Shown here: positions 36,359 to 46,122 of the stretch, piece by piece
Numbering within the stretch: position 1 is the stretch's first letter
Layout: every line of letters begins with the position of its first letter
NCBI GenBank assembly: GCA_027484105.1
Contig: JAIXUG010000001.1
Location: 27,599-91,598, forward strand
Source of the DNA: Comamonadaceae bacterium
GTDB taxonomy: Bacteria > Pseudomonadota > Gammaproteobacteria > Burkholderiales > Burkholderiaceae_C
Direction: 5' to 3'
Length of the DNA stretch: 64,000 nt
The notes under the pieces: generated by a model
The model's database searches: none
What the model saw: only the letters and a program-made list of their open reading frames with translations
Told to the model about the DNA's origin: nothing
Position numbers and translations under genes: made by a program

Positions 36359-37264
36359 TTGACCCTGCACGCACACGACATGGCAGCCACCGTTTCCCGA
36401 ATGCCCGACGCGCAGCCGCCTGGCTTGCCACCGACCATCTCGCGCCCGGGTGCGCCTGCGCGAGACCCGGCGTTTTTAGCGCGGGTGTTTTGGCTCAGCC
36501 TGGCGCTGGTGCTGCTGTGGCCATTGGCCGTGGCCACCGAGTTCCGGCCCTGGGTTTTGTGGGCGCCCGAGAACCGCAAGGTCACGGCCGATTTTGTGGC
36601 CAGCTTTTGGCCGCTGGTGCACAACGCCGAATTCATGCAGATGGTGGTGCGCGAAACCTGGCGCACCGTGGCCATGGCCACCGCGGGCGTCACGCTGGCG
36701 CTGGTGCTGGCCGTGCCTTTGAGTCTGATGGCGACCCGCGTGCTGTCGCTCTCGGCCTTGTCGGGCCGCATGGACCGCTGGCCTGCTGTGGTGCGTTGGA
36801 GCGTGCGGGCCACTTTGATCGTGCTGCGCAGCGTGCCCGAACTGGTGTGGGCCTTGGTGTTTGTGCGGGTGGTGGGCTTGGGGCCCACGGCGGGCGTGCT
36901 GGCGATTGCGCTGACCTATGGCGGCATGCTGGGCAAGGTGTACGCCGAAATTCTGGAAAGCGGCGAAAGCCACGCCACCCAAACCCTGATGCGCAACGGC
37001 AGTGGCCGCCTGCAGGCTTTTGTCTATGCGCTGCTGCCCAGCCATGCGGCCGAACTGGCGTCGTACACCGTGTACCGCTGGGAATGCGCCATCCGCTCTT
37101 CCGTGGTGCTGGGCTTTGTGGGCGCGGGCGGCTTGGGCCAGCAACTGGACAACTCGATGAAGATGTTCAATGGCGGTGAAGTGGCTACCTTGCTCCTGGT
37201 GTTCATCGCGCTGGTGGCCCTGGCCGACCGGGTGAGCGCCTGGTTGCGAAAGGCCTTGGCATGA
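36359..37264 (+). CDS. PhnE-like ABC transporter permease 1
   Basis: A multi-TM protein of the BPD_transp_1 type. The start is uncertain (TTG 36359 or ATG 36380). Confidence 0.75.
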   Translation: MTLHAHDMAATVSRMPDAQPPGLPPTISRPGAPARDPAFLARVFWLSLALVLLWPLAVATEFRPWVLWAPENRKVTADFVASFWPLVHNAEFMQMVVRETWRTVAMATAGVTLALVLAVPLSLMATRVLSLSALSGRMDRWPAVVRWSVRATLIVLRSVPELVWALVFVRVVGLGPTAGVLAIALTYGGMLGKVYAEILESGESHATQTLMRNGSGRLQAFVYALLPSHAAELASYTVYRWECAIRSSVVLGFVGAGGLGQQLDNSMKMFNGGEVATLLLVFIALVALADRVSAWLRKALA

Positions 37265-38094
37265 AGTCTTTTTCACGCGAAGCGGCCAACCCGCCCTACA
37301 AATTACCGCCGCCGCTGTTTGACGCGCGTTGCCGCGCTTGCTGGTTCACGGCCGCTTTGCTGGTCTTGGTGGTGGCCAGCTTTGTGTCGCTGGACTTGGA
37401 CTGGGCCGCTTTTGCATCCATCGATGCGGCGCGCAGCATGGGCCGCTTTGTGGCCGAGTTTTTCCCGCCCGATCTGTCGCCCGTGTTCGTCAACAAAGTG
37501 GCTTGGGCCGCTTGGGAAACCCTGGCCATGTCGGCGCTGGGCACCGTGATGGCGGCGGCGCTCGGCCTGGCGCTGGCTGTGCCCGCCAGCCGCATGTCCG
37601 CCCAAGACCCGGCTTGGCTGCGCAGCCCCACGCGGTGGTTGCTCAATGCCCTGCGCGCCATCCCTGAACTGGTGTGGGCTGCGCTGTTGTTGATTTCGGC
37701 TGGTCTGGGCCCCATGGCGGGCACCTTGGCGCTGGCGCTGCACACCAGCGGCGTGTTGGGGCGCTTGTTTGCCGAGGCCATGGAGAACATCCCCACCGGC
37801 CCCGGCGACGCCTTGCGCACCCAAGGCGTGGGGCCGCTGCGCGTATTCTTTTACGCCACCTTCCCGCAGGTCTTGCCGCAACTCATGAGCTACACGCTGT
37901 ACCGCTGGGAAAACAACATCCGCGCCGCCGCCGTGCTGGGCGTGGTGGGCGCGGGGGGCTTGGGCCAAATGCTGTCCTTTCACATGGGCCTGTTCCACAT
38001 GAACAAAACCGCCACGATTTTGGGTGCGATGCTGCTCATGGTGGCGTGTGTGGATGCGCTGAGCTTTGCGGCCCGGCGCTGGTTGACGCGCTGA
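37261..38094 (+). CDS. PhnE-like ABC transporter permease 2
   Basis: A paralogue of the preceding permease, with an ATGA overlap. Confidence 0.8.
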   Translation: MKSFSREAANPPYKLPPPLFDARCRACWFTAALLVLVVASFVSLDLDWAAFASIDAARSMGRFVAEFFPPDLSPVFVNKVAWAAWETLAMSALGTVMAAALGLALAVPASRMSAQDPAWLRSPTRWLLNALRAIPELVWAALLLISAGLGPMAGTLALALHTSGVLGRLFAEAMENIPTGPGDALRTQGVGPLRVFFYATFPQVLPQLMSYTLYRWENNIRAAAVLGVVGAGGLGQMLSFHMGLFHMNKTATILGAMLLMVACVDALSFAARRWLTR

Positions 38095-38112
38095 GGCACT
38101 CAGGCGCTTGCC

Positions 38113-38775
38113 TCAAACCAGGCTGAAGCTCAGCCACATCGCCGTGCCCCACATCATCAAGGCCACTGCGCCGTCCAGTGCACGCCAAATGTGCAGCGAA
38201 TTCAAACGCCGACCCAGCCAGAAGGCGGCCACGCCCAAGCTCAAGAACCACAGCACCGAGCCCGCTGCCGCGCCCAGGCCAAAGCTGGTGGTGCCTTGCC
38301 CATAGGCCAGCGAAGCGGTGCCGATCAACACCGCTGTGTCCAGCCAGGCATGCGGGTTGAGCCATGAAAAAGCCAGCGCCGACAACAAGGCCTGACGGCG
38401 CGTGACGGGGGCCGCTTGGACACGCCCTGCGGGTGTGCCGGCCTCAGCGCTGGCCTTTTGTGGAGGGTTCAGCACAAGGGCCGTGGGGTGCAAAAACCGC
38501 TGAAACGCTTGCCAGCCATACACCATCAAAAACAGCATGCCCGCGCCGACCAAGGCGCCGTGCAATTTGTCAGACAAGCCCCCGAGCTGCGCCAGGCTGA
38601 GCACGCCCAGGGCAATCAGGGCGATGTCGGCCACCGCGCACACCGCCACCGTCAACCACAGGTGCTGGCGCTGCAGGCCCATGCGCAACACATGGGCGTT
38701 TTGGGGGCCGATGGCCATGATCAAGGAGATGCTCAGCACCATGCCGGCGGTGAAAGTGGGAAAGCTCAAAACCAT
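38113..38775 (-). CDS. argO: LysE/ArgO-family amino-acid exporter
   Basis: 'SLIMAIGPQNAHVLRMG' is a LysE signature. An AGGAG RBS is present. It is divergent from an ArgP-like regulator. Confidence 0.8.
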   Translation of the reverse strand: MVLSFPTFTAGMVLSISLIMAIGPQNAHVLRMGLQRQHLWLTVAVCAVADIALIALGVLSLAQLGGLSDKLHGALVGAGMLFLMVYGWQAFQRFLHPTALVLNPPQKASAEAGTPAGRVQAAPVTRRQALLSALAFSWLNPHAWLDTAVLIGTASLAYGQGTTSFGLGAAAGSVLWFLSLGVAAFWLGRRLNSLHIWRALDGAVALMMWGTAMWLSFSLV

Positions 38776-38886
38776 GACAAATCTCCTGAGGGGCGGCTGC
38801 GAATGGGCGGGAGTGTGCGCCAGACAGGGATTGAATTGAATGAAGTTCAATTAAACTCATGTCACTCAATATTTTTTAAATTCATT

Positions 38887-39798
38887 ATGCTCGACGCCCG
38901 TCAACTCGAAGCCCTGAGCGCTGTGGTCGAACACGGGGGCTTTGGCGCGGCGGCGCAGGCCTTGTCCATCACGCTGTCGGCGGTGTCCTTGCGCATCAAG
39001 GCGCTCGAAGACAGCCTGGGCCAGCGTTTGCTGGTGCGTGGCAAGCAGGTGCGGGCCACCCCCGCGGGACAGGCCTTGCTGGCCCACGTCAAACAAGTGC
39101 GCATGATGGAAGCCGATTTGCTGGGCGGGTTGCAGGGCACTTCTACCGAAAGCGGTGGGCGAAAGCCTGTGCGCTGGCAGTCGCTGAGCGTGGCCATCAA
39201 CGCCGATTCGGTGGACAGCTGGTTTTTGCCGGGTGTGGCCGCGATGCTGTTGCGCCACCATGTGCTGCTCGACATCATGATCGACGACCAAGACCACACG
39301 CACGACGCGCTCAAAAGCGGCGATGTGATGGGCTGCGTGACCACCCTGGCCGAGCCGATGCGCGGTTGCGTGGCCGAGCCCTTGGGGCTGATGCGTTACC
39401 GCTGCGTGGCCACCCCGGCGGTGCTCAAGCGCTGCCGCAGCAGCGCAGGTGCGGTGTCGGTGCACAAACTGCTGACGCAACCGGCCGTGATTTTCAACCG
39501 CAAGGACGCTTTGCAAGACAGCTTTTTGGCCCAGCACTTTGGCCTGCAGCAGCCGCATTACCCGCGCCACTTTGCCCCTGCCGTGGGGGCGTTTGAGACC
39601 GCCATCGAACTGGGCCTGGGCTGGGGCATGGTGCCCGAGCAGCATCTGGCCCAACGCCCGACGCTGCAAGAGCTGCTGCCGGGGGCCACGGTGGATGTGG
39701 CCCTGTATTGGCAGCACTGGGCCAGAGAGGCCCCGTCAGCCCAGCGCCTGACCCAGGCGGTCAAGGCCGCAGCCGCGCTGCATTTGCGTCAGGGCTGA
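38887..39798 (+). CDS. argP: LysR-family regulator ArgP/IciA-like
   Basis: 'MLDARQLEALSAVVEHGGFGAAAQALSITLSAVSLRIKALE'. The upstream part of the supplied 460-aa ORF is antisense to argO. Confidence 0.8.
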   Translation: MLDARQLEALSAVVEHGGFGAAAQALSITLSAVSLRIKALEDSLGQRLLVRGKQVRATPAGQALLAHVKQVRMMEADLLGGLQGTSTESGGRKPVRWQSLSVAINADSVDSWFLPGVAAMLLRHHVLLDIMIDDQDHTHDALKSGDVMGCVTTLAEPMRGCVAEPLGLMRYRCVATPAVLKRCRSSAGAVSVHKLLTQPAVIFNRKDALQDSFLAQHFGLQQPHYPRHFAPAVGAFETAIELGLGWGMVPEQHLAQRPTLQELLPGATVDVALYWQHWAREAPSAQRLTQAVKAAAALHLRQG

Positions 39799-39848
39799 CA
39801 ACGCCAGAGGAATGACCCTCTTCAAGGCAGACGGATCACCGCCAAGGC

Positions 39849-40097
39849 TCAGTGGTTCGCAGCCAGCGCTTGGCGTTTACGCCTGGCCAGAATCCGGGCT
39901 GAGTTGAGGCCGGTGAGGACCATGATGGGCCACAAGAAAGTGCAGACCATGGCCCACAACACGCGGCTGCCCAGTGTGGAGCCACCTTCGCCTGCATCGA
40001 CCTGGTGAGGCCCTTCGCTGAAGATGTGCCTGTAAGAAAAGGTCGAGAGACCGAATACAGCGCCAAACAAGAGGAACAAATAGATGTAGATGTTCAT
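39849..40097 (-). CDS. Small (82 aa) two-TM hypothetical membrane protein
   Basis: 'MNIYIYLFLLFGAVFGLSTF...LWAMVCTFLWPIMVLTGL'. An AGGAG lies 6-7 nt upstream of the ATG. No family was recognised. Confidence 0.5.
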   Translation of the reverse strand: MNIYIYLFLLFGAVFGLSTFSYRHIFSEGPHQVDAGEGGSTLGSRVLWAMVCTFLWPIMVLTGLNSARILARRKRQALAANH

Positions 40098-40188
40098 GAC
40101 AAGCTCCTGATGAGGGCAATCAGGGCCGTCTGAATCGGCGGTTTGCCTGACCTCAAGGCGACATCGTAAACCGGTGTCAATCAAATCT

Positions 40189-40204
40189 TACAAATTTATT
40201 TGTA
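40189..40204. promoter_or_regulatory. 16-bp perfect palindrome upstream of the small membrane-protein gene
   Basis: 'TACAAAT-TT-ATTTGTA' in an AT-rich stretch ~90 nt upstream of the start at 40097. Confidence 0.35.
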
Positions 40205-40357
40205 TAAAAACCTTTACACATCGGGGTTTATGTTTCGGCGAGCAGTGCGTGAGACACCAAATTTGCTGCGAGGGTGGCGATTCCTTTCAGACATGGCAAG
40301 GGTCTTGGGATGGGTCATGGACGCCTGTACAGACATGGAATGAACCTTGTGCATCTT

Positions 40358-41581
40358 TCAGGGCTGTGGAGTGCGGGCGTAGATTTGCGCTGCCCACAGC
40401 GCGGCTGTGCCCAGCAAACTGGCCAGCAGCAGCCACCACAGTGCCAAGGTGTAGCCATGCTCGGGCGACCACAGCAGGCCCAGTGTCAAGGGCGCCGCGG
40501 CGCGGGCCAAGGCGATGGGCAGACCCAGCAAACCATTGAGCTGCCCCACATGGGCGTGGCTGACGTATTGCGCCATGGCCGTGCCTTTGACGATGGTGTT
40601 CATGCCATTGCCCAGGCCATACAGCAGCACAAACACCAGCGAGGCGATCGGGCTGAGCCCACCGATCAGCAAGGCCAGCACGCCCGCCGGGATCAGGGTG
40701 GGAATCCATCGGTTGGCGGCGTGCACGTCCCAGTAACGCTCAAACACAAACAGCACCAGCCGCCCCAGCACCTGGATCACCCCAATGGCCGCTGGGATGG
40801 CAATCACCCAGGCCGGGGACAAGCCCGACTCTTGCAGCAAAGCGATCATGTGGGCGGGCAAGGCCGAGGTGACCGACATGGTGAGCACCATGAACAAAGC
40901 CAGCAGCCAAAATGGGGCGTGGCGCAGGTGTTCGCGCACCGAGGTCGGTGCCGGCGTGTCGGGCGAAGCCGTGGTGTCGCGTGCTGCGCGCGGAGCGGCT
41001 TGCAGCAACCAGGCGTGCAAGGGCGCACAAATCAACAACTGCAGCGCCGCCAGCGCCCACAGGGCCTGTCGCCAACCCCACCATTCCATCCACCAGGCAA
41101 ACAGCGGAATGAACACCGTGCTGGCCAAGCCACCCAAAAAAGTCAGCGTGATGATGGCGCGCCGAAAGTCTTGTGGAAAGCGCCGCGTGACCACGGCAAA
41201 CACCGGGTTGTACAGGGTGGCCGCCATCCCTAAGCCCAGCCAAATCCAGGCGGCATAAAAACCCGCCACCGTGGTGACGAAACTGTGCCCCACCAAGCCC
41301 ACGCCAATCCACACGGAGCCCAGCGTCATGACCCAGCGCTCGCGCCCTGCATCGATCCAGCGACCCACCCCATAAGCCATCAATCCCTCGGCCAGCAGCG
41401 CCAGGCTGAAGGCCAGCGATGATTCGGCCCGGCTCATGCCCAACTCGGCTTCGAGGGGCGTCATCAACAGTGAGAAGGTATAGAACACACTGCCCCAGGT
41501 GATGAGTTGGGGCAGCGACAGCCAGAAGCTGAAGGGGCCAAGGGCTAAGGCGCTCGGGGTGTGCTGGCGAGCATGGGGCAT
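40358..41581 (-). CDS. MFS transporter
   Basis: 12-TM-like hydrophobic pattern. The start was chosen at 'MPHARQHTPS'. Confidence 0.8.
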   Translation of the reverse strand: MPHARQHTPSALALGPFSFWLSLPQLITWGSVFYTFSLLMTPLEAELGMSRAESSLAFSLALLAEGLMAYGVGRWIDAGRERWVMTLGSVWIGVGLVGHSFVTTVAGFYAAWIWLGLGMAATLYNPVFAVVTRRFPQDFRRAIITLTFLGGLASTVFIPLFAWWMEWWGWRQALWALAALQLLICAPLHAWLLQAAPRAARDTTASPDTPAPTSVREHLRHAPFWLLALFMVLTMSVTSALPAHMIALLQESGLSPAWVIAIPAAIGVIQVLGRLVLFVFERYWDVHAANRWIPTLIPAGVLALLIGGLSPIASLVFVLLYGLGNGMNTIVKGTAMAQYVSHAHVGQLNGLLGLPIALARAAAPLTLGLLWSPEHGYTLALWWLLLASLLGTAALWAAQIYARTPQP

Positions 41582-41643
41582 GTGTTCATTATCCCGATGC
41601 CCCAATGTTTCACCTGTCGTGTCTGTGCGCCCCCCATTGGGGC

Positions 41644-43176
41644 TCACTGCGCCTTGAGCACCCGCCGGTACTGCACCGCTTCGGCCACATGGGCGGCGGC
41701 GATGGTGTCGCTGCCCGCCAGGTCGGCAATGGTGCGAGCCACTTTGAGGCTGCGGTGCACGCTGCGGCCACTCCAGCCGAGTTTGTCGGCGGCCCTTTGC
41801 AGCAAAACGGTGGCGTTGTCCTCGAGCCGCGCCTGAGCGTCGATGGCTTGGCCTTGCAGGTCGGCATTGGCGCAGCCTTGGCGGGCCAAGGCGCGCTCGC
41901 GGGCGGCCAAGCTGCGCGCCGCGATGGCGGCGGTGTTTTCGCCGGGCGGGGCCTTGAGCAAGTCGGGTGCGCTCAGGCTGGGCACTTCGATGTGCAGGTC
42001 AATCCGGTCGAGCAGCGGCCCACTCAGCTTGCCCTGGTAGCGGCTGACCTGGTCAGGCGTGCAGCGGCAGGTGCGTGCAGCACTCCCCAGATAGCCGCAA
42101 GGGCAGGGGTTCATGGCGGCGATCAATTGAAACCGCGCCGGGAATTCAGCCCGCCTTGCGGCCCGTGCGATGGTGATGCTGCCAGTCTCCAGCGGCTCGC
42201 GCAGGGCTTCGAGGGCGGCACGCGGAAACTCGGGCAGCTCATCCAGAAACAGCACGCCATGGTGCGCCAGCGAGATTTCACCGGGGCGCGGCGGCGAACC
42301 GCCGCCCACCAGCGCCACCGCGCTGGCCGAATGGTGGGGCTGACCCGTGGGGCGTTGCGCCCAGCGCGTCAAATCAAAGCGCCCCGCCAGACTGGCAATC
42401 GCCGCCGATTCCAGCGCTTGTTCGGTGGACATGGGCGGCAGCAAGCCCGCAAAGCGTTGCGCCAACATGGATTTGCCCGAACCGGGTGGGCCGACCATCA
42501 ACAAGGAATGGCCACCGGCTGCGGCGATCTCCAGCACGCGCTTGACGCCTGCCTGACCTTTCACATCGGCCAGGTCGGCATAACGCGGCGGTGTTGAGGG
42601 CGTGGTCGCGGCCATGCGTGCCCAACCGTCGCCAGCTTCGGGGGGCGGTTCGTTGGAAGGGGGCAAAAACTGTTGCACCACATCGAGCAAATGGCGCGCC
42701 CTGAAGACCTCGGCATCGGGCACCAGTGCGGCTTCTTCGGCGCTGCCCGGAGGCAGCACCAGCCGCGTGCGCACGTGCTGCTGGCGCAGCGCCAGGCTCA
42801 TGGCCAGCGCGCCGCGCACCGGGCGCAACTCGCCCGACAGCGACAACTCGCCCGCAAATTCATAGCCTGCCAGTTTGGCCGCGTCGATCTGCCCACTGGC
42901 CGCCAGGATGCCCAGCGCGATGGGCAAGTCCAGACGGCCCGAGTCTTTGGGCAGGTCGGCCGGGGCCAGGTTGACGGTGATGCGTTGGTTGTGCGGAAAG
43001 TGGAGGCCGCTGTTTTGCAGGGCCGAGCGCACCCGCTCGCGGGCTTCCTTGACCTCGACATCGGCCAAGCCCACCAGGGTGAAGCTGGGCAGCCCGTTGG
43101 CCATGTGCACCTCGACGGTGACGGCCGGCGCTTGCAAGCCGACCAAGGCGCGGCTGTGCACCAAACTGAGACTCAT
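41644..43176 (-). CDS. YifB/ComM-family Mg-chelatase-like AAA+ ATPase
   Basis: N-terminal Lon-like domain 'MSLSLVHSRALVGLQAPAVTVEVH', Walker A 'GPPGSGKS', and a C-terminal Zn-ribbon-like 'NPCPCGYLG...CRC'. Confidence 0.9.
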   Translation of the reverse strand: MSLSLVHSRALVGLQAPAVTVEVHMANGLPSFTLVGLADVEVKEARERVRSALQNSGLHFPHNQRITVNLAPADLPKDSGRLDLPIALGILAASGQIDAAKLAGYEFAGELSLSGELRPVRGALAMSLALRQQHVRTRLVLPPGSAEEAALVPDAEVFRARHLLDVVQQFLPPSNEPPPEAGDGWARMAATTPSTPPRYADLADVKGQAGVKRVLEIAAAGGHSLLMVGPPGSGKSMLAQRFAGLLPPMSTEQALESAAIASLAGRFDLTRWAQRPTGQPHHSASAVALVGGGSPPRPGEISLAHHGVLFLDELPEFPRAALEALREPLETGSITIARAARRAEFPARFQLIAAMNPCPCGYLGSAARTCRCTPDQVSRYQGKLSGPLLDRIDLHIEVPSLSAPDLLKAPPGENTAAIAARSLAARERALARQGCANADLQGQAIDAQARLEDNATVLLQRAADKLGWSGRSVHRSLKVARTIADLAGSDTIAAAHVAEAVQYRRVLKAQ

Positions 43177-43318
43177 ATCCCCTCCCTGCCCTTTTTTGGT
43201 GCAAGTTATGTGTTCTGACGCGCAGTCTCGGCGCAGAGAACTTGTTGAAATGCCATTCAAACATGCACGCGTCAAGCCAAGCACTGGGAAAACCCCCGAC
43301 ACCGTCACAAAGCTAACT

Positions 43319-43334
43319 TGGCACGTTCCCTGCT
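43319..43334 (+). promoter_or_regulatory. Sigma-54 (-24/-12) promoter candidate for the porin-glnK-amtB unit
   Basis: 'TGGCACgttccCTGCT' compares well with the consensus TGGCAC-N5-TTGC(A/T). It lies ~40 nt upstream of the porin ATG. An NtrC-like half-site 'TGGTGCA' sits ~120 nt further upstream. Confidence 0.6.
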
Positions 43335-43373
43335 TGGGTTGAAGGCCCTTTATTTCAATTTTTGGAGTCCTTC

Positions 43374-44484
<1,111 letters not shown>

Positions 44485-44506
44485 TGGATCAGAAAGAGAG
44501 TCCCAG

Positions 44507-46015
44507 ATGAAAAAGCTATTTGCAACCTTGGCCTTGGGCTTGAGCCTGGGCTTGGGTCTGTTCGGTACGACCTCGCTGGCCACCGCACAGACCGCCCCCG
44601 CTGCCGTGACAGCACCTGCAGCAGAAGCCAAACCGGAGGCAGCACCCGCTGCCGAAGCAACCGAAGCTGCGCCAGCGGCGGTGCCCAACAAGGGCGACAT
44701 TGCCTGGATGATGGTGGCCACCATCTTGGTGATCATGATGGTCATTCCCGGTTTGGCCTTGTTCTACGGTGGCTTGGTGCGCAGCAAAAACATGCTGTCG
44801 GTGCTGATGCAGGTCGTGGTCACCTTCTCGATGATCACGGTGCTGTGGTTCATCTATGGCTACAGCCTGGCGTTCACCGAAGGCAATGCTTTCATTGGCG
44901 GCTTTGACCGCCTGTTCATGAAGGGCATCTGGGACAACGCAGCCGGCACTTTTGCCAATGCGGCCACCTTCAGCAAGGGTGTGGTCATTCCTGAAATCTC
45001 GTTCGCCGCCTTCCAGGCCACGTTTGCGGGCATCACTTGCGCCCTGATCGTGGGCGCCTTCGCTGAGCGCATCAAGTTTTCTGCTGTGCTCGCCTTCATG
45101 GTGCTGTGGTTCACTTTCAGCTACCTGCCCATCGCCCACATGGTCTGGTTCTGGATGGGCCCTGACGCCTACACCGCCAAGGAAGTGGCCGATGAGATGA
45201 CCAGCAAAGCCGGTTTGATCTGGCAGTGGGGTGCGCTGGACTTCGCGGGCGGCACCGTGGTGCACATCAACGCCGCTGTGGCGGGCCTGGTGGGTGCCTT
45301 CATGGTCGGCAAGCGCGTAGGTTATGGCCGTGAATCCATGGCCCCTCACAGCCTGACTTTGACCATGGTGGGTGCGTCCTTGCTGTGGGTGGGCTGGTTC
45401 GGCTTCAACGCTGGCTCGGCTCTGGAAGCCAACGGTTTCGCCGCGCTCGCTTTCATCAACACCCTGGTGGCGACAGCCGGTGCGGTGCTGGCCTGGTGTG
45501 TGGGTGAGGCGCTGATGCGTGGCAAGGCTTCCATGTTGGGCGCTGCCTCGGGTGCTGTGGCCGGTTTGGTGGCCATCACGCCAGCGGCAGGCAACGTCGG
45601 CATCGGCGGTGGTCTGGTCATCGGTATCGTGGCGGGCTTTGCTTGCCTGTGGGGTGTGAACGGCCTCAAGAAGATGCTGGGTGCTGACGACTCGCTGGAC
45701 GTGTTCGGTGTGCACGGTGTGGGCGGTATCGTCGGCGCCTTGTTGACCGGCGTGTTCAACTCGCCCGCTTTGGGTGGCCCCAGCGCCGTGGGTGACTGGG
45801 TCACGGTGGCCATGATTGCCCCCGATGCCTACTCCATCGCTGCGCAGGTGTGGACACAGGCCAAGGCCGTGCTGCTGACCGTGGTGTGGTCGGGTGTGGT
45901 CTCGGTGGTGGCTTTCAAGATCGTGGACCTGACCATTGGTTTGCGCGTCACCGAAGAAGAAGAGCGCGAAGGCCTGGACATTTCGTCCCACGGCGAGTCC
46001 GCATACCACGGCTAA
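44507..46015 (+). CDS. amtB: Ammonium transporter AmtB
   Basis: A signal peptide is followed by an Ala/Pro-rich linker and then the Amt core ('FAAFQATFAGITCALIVGAFAERIKF', 'LDFAGGTVVHINAAVAGL'). Confidence 0.95.
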   Translation: MKKLFATLALGLSLGLGLFGTTSLATAQTAPAAVTAPAAEAKPEAAPAAEATEAAPAAVPNKGDIAWMMVATILVIMMVIPGLALFYGGLVRSKNMLSVLMQVVVTFSMITVLWFIYGYSLAFTEGNAFIGGFDRLFMKGIWDNAAGTFANAATFSKGVVIPEISFAAFQATFAGITCALIVGAFAERIKFSAVLAFMVLWFTFSYLPIAHMVWFWMGPDAYTAKEVADEMTSKAGLIWQWGALDFAGGTVVHINAAVAGLVGAFMVGKRVGYGRESMAPHSLTLTMVGASLLWVGWFGFNAGSALEANGFAALAFINTLVATAGAVLAWCVGEALMRGKASMLGAASGAVAGLVAITPAAGNVGIGGGLVIGIVAGFACLWGVNGLKKMLGADDSLDVFGVHGVGGIVGALLTGVFNSPALGGPSAVGDWVTVAMIAPDAYSIAAQVWTQAKAVLLTVVWSGVVSVVAFKIVDLTIGLRVTEEEEREGLDISSHGESAYHG

Positions 46016-46068
46016 GCACCGGTTCATTCAGTTTCATTGCAAGCGGTGGCGCAAGCCACCTCCTCATC

Positions 46069-46104
46069 AGCCCGCAGCGCTTCGGCCCTGCGGGCTGTTT
46101 CTTT
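46069..46104 (+). terminator. Rho-independent terminator downstream of amtB
   Basis: A 9-bp GC-rich stem AGCCCGCAG/CTGCGGGCT with a 10-nt loop, followed by 'GTTTCTTT'. A second small hairpin GGTGGC-gcaa-GCCACC lies at 46045-46060. Confidence 0.7.
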
Positions 46105-46122
46105 GGGGGCCGCTCGGGCACA

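Noticed and set aside
15110-38094. The selenium island as a mobile genomic island, and the window as containing CRISPR arrays or prophage.
   Set aside because: I found no integrase, transposase, tRNA, flanking direct repeats, CRISPR-like spacer/repeat periodicity or phage genes by reading the ORFs and intergenic regions. Only the modest AT-rich seams at 17.5 kb and 22.9 kb hint at module insertion.
38416-38886. An N-terminal extension of the ArgP-like ORF (460 aa as supplied).
   Set aside because: The extension is antisense to argO and is not protein-like. The LysR HTH begins right after the ATG at 38887.
44516-46027. A 503-aa minus-strand ORF.
   Set aside because: It is antisense to amtB.
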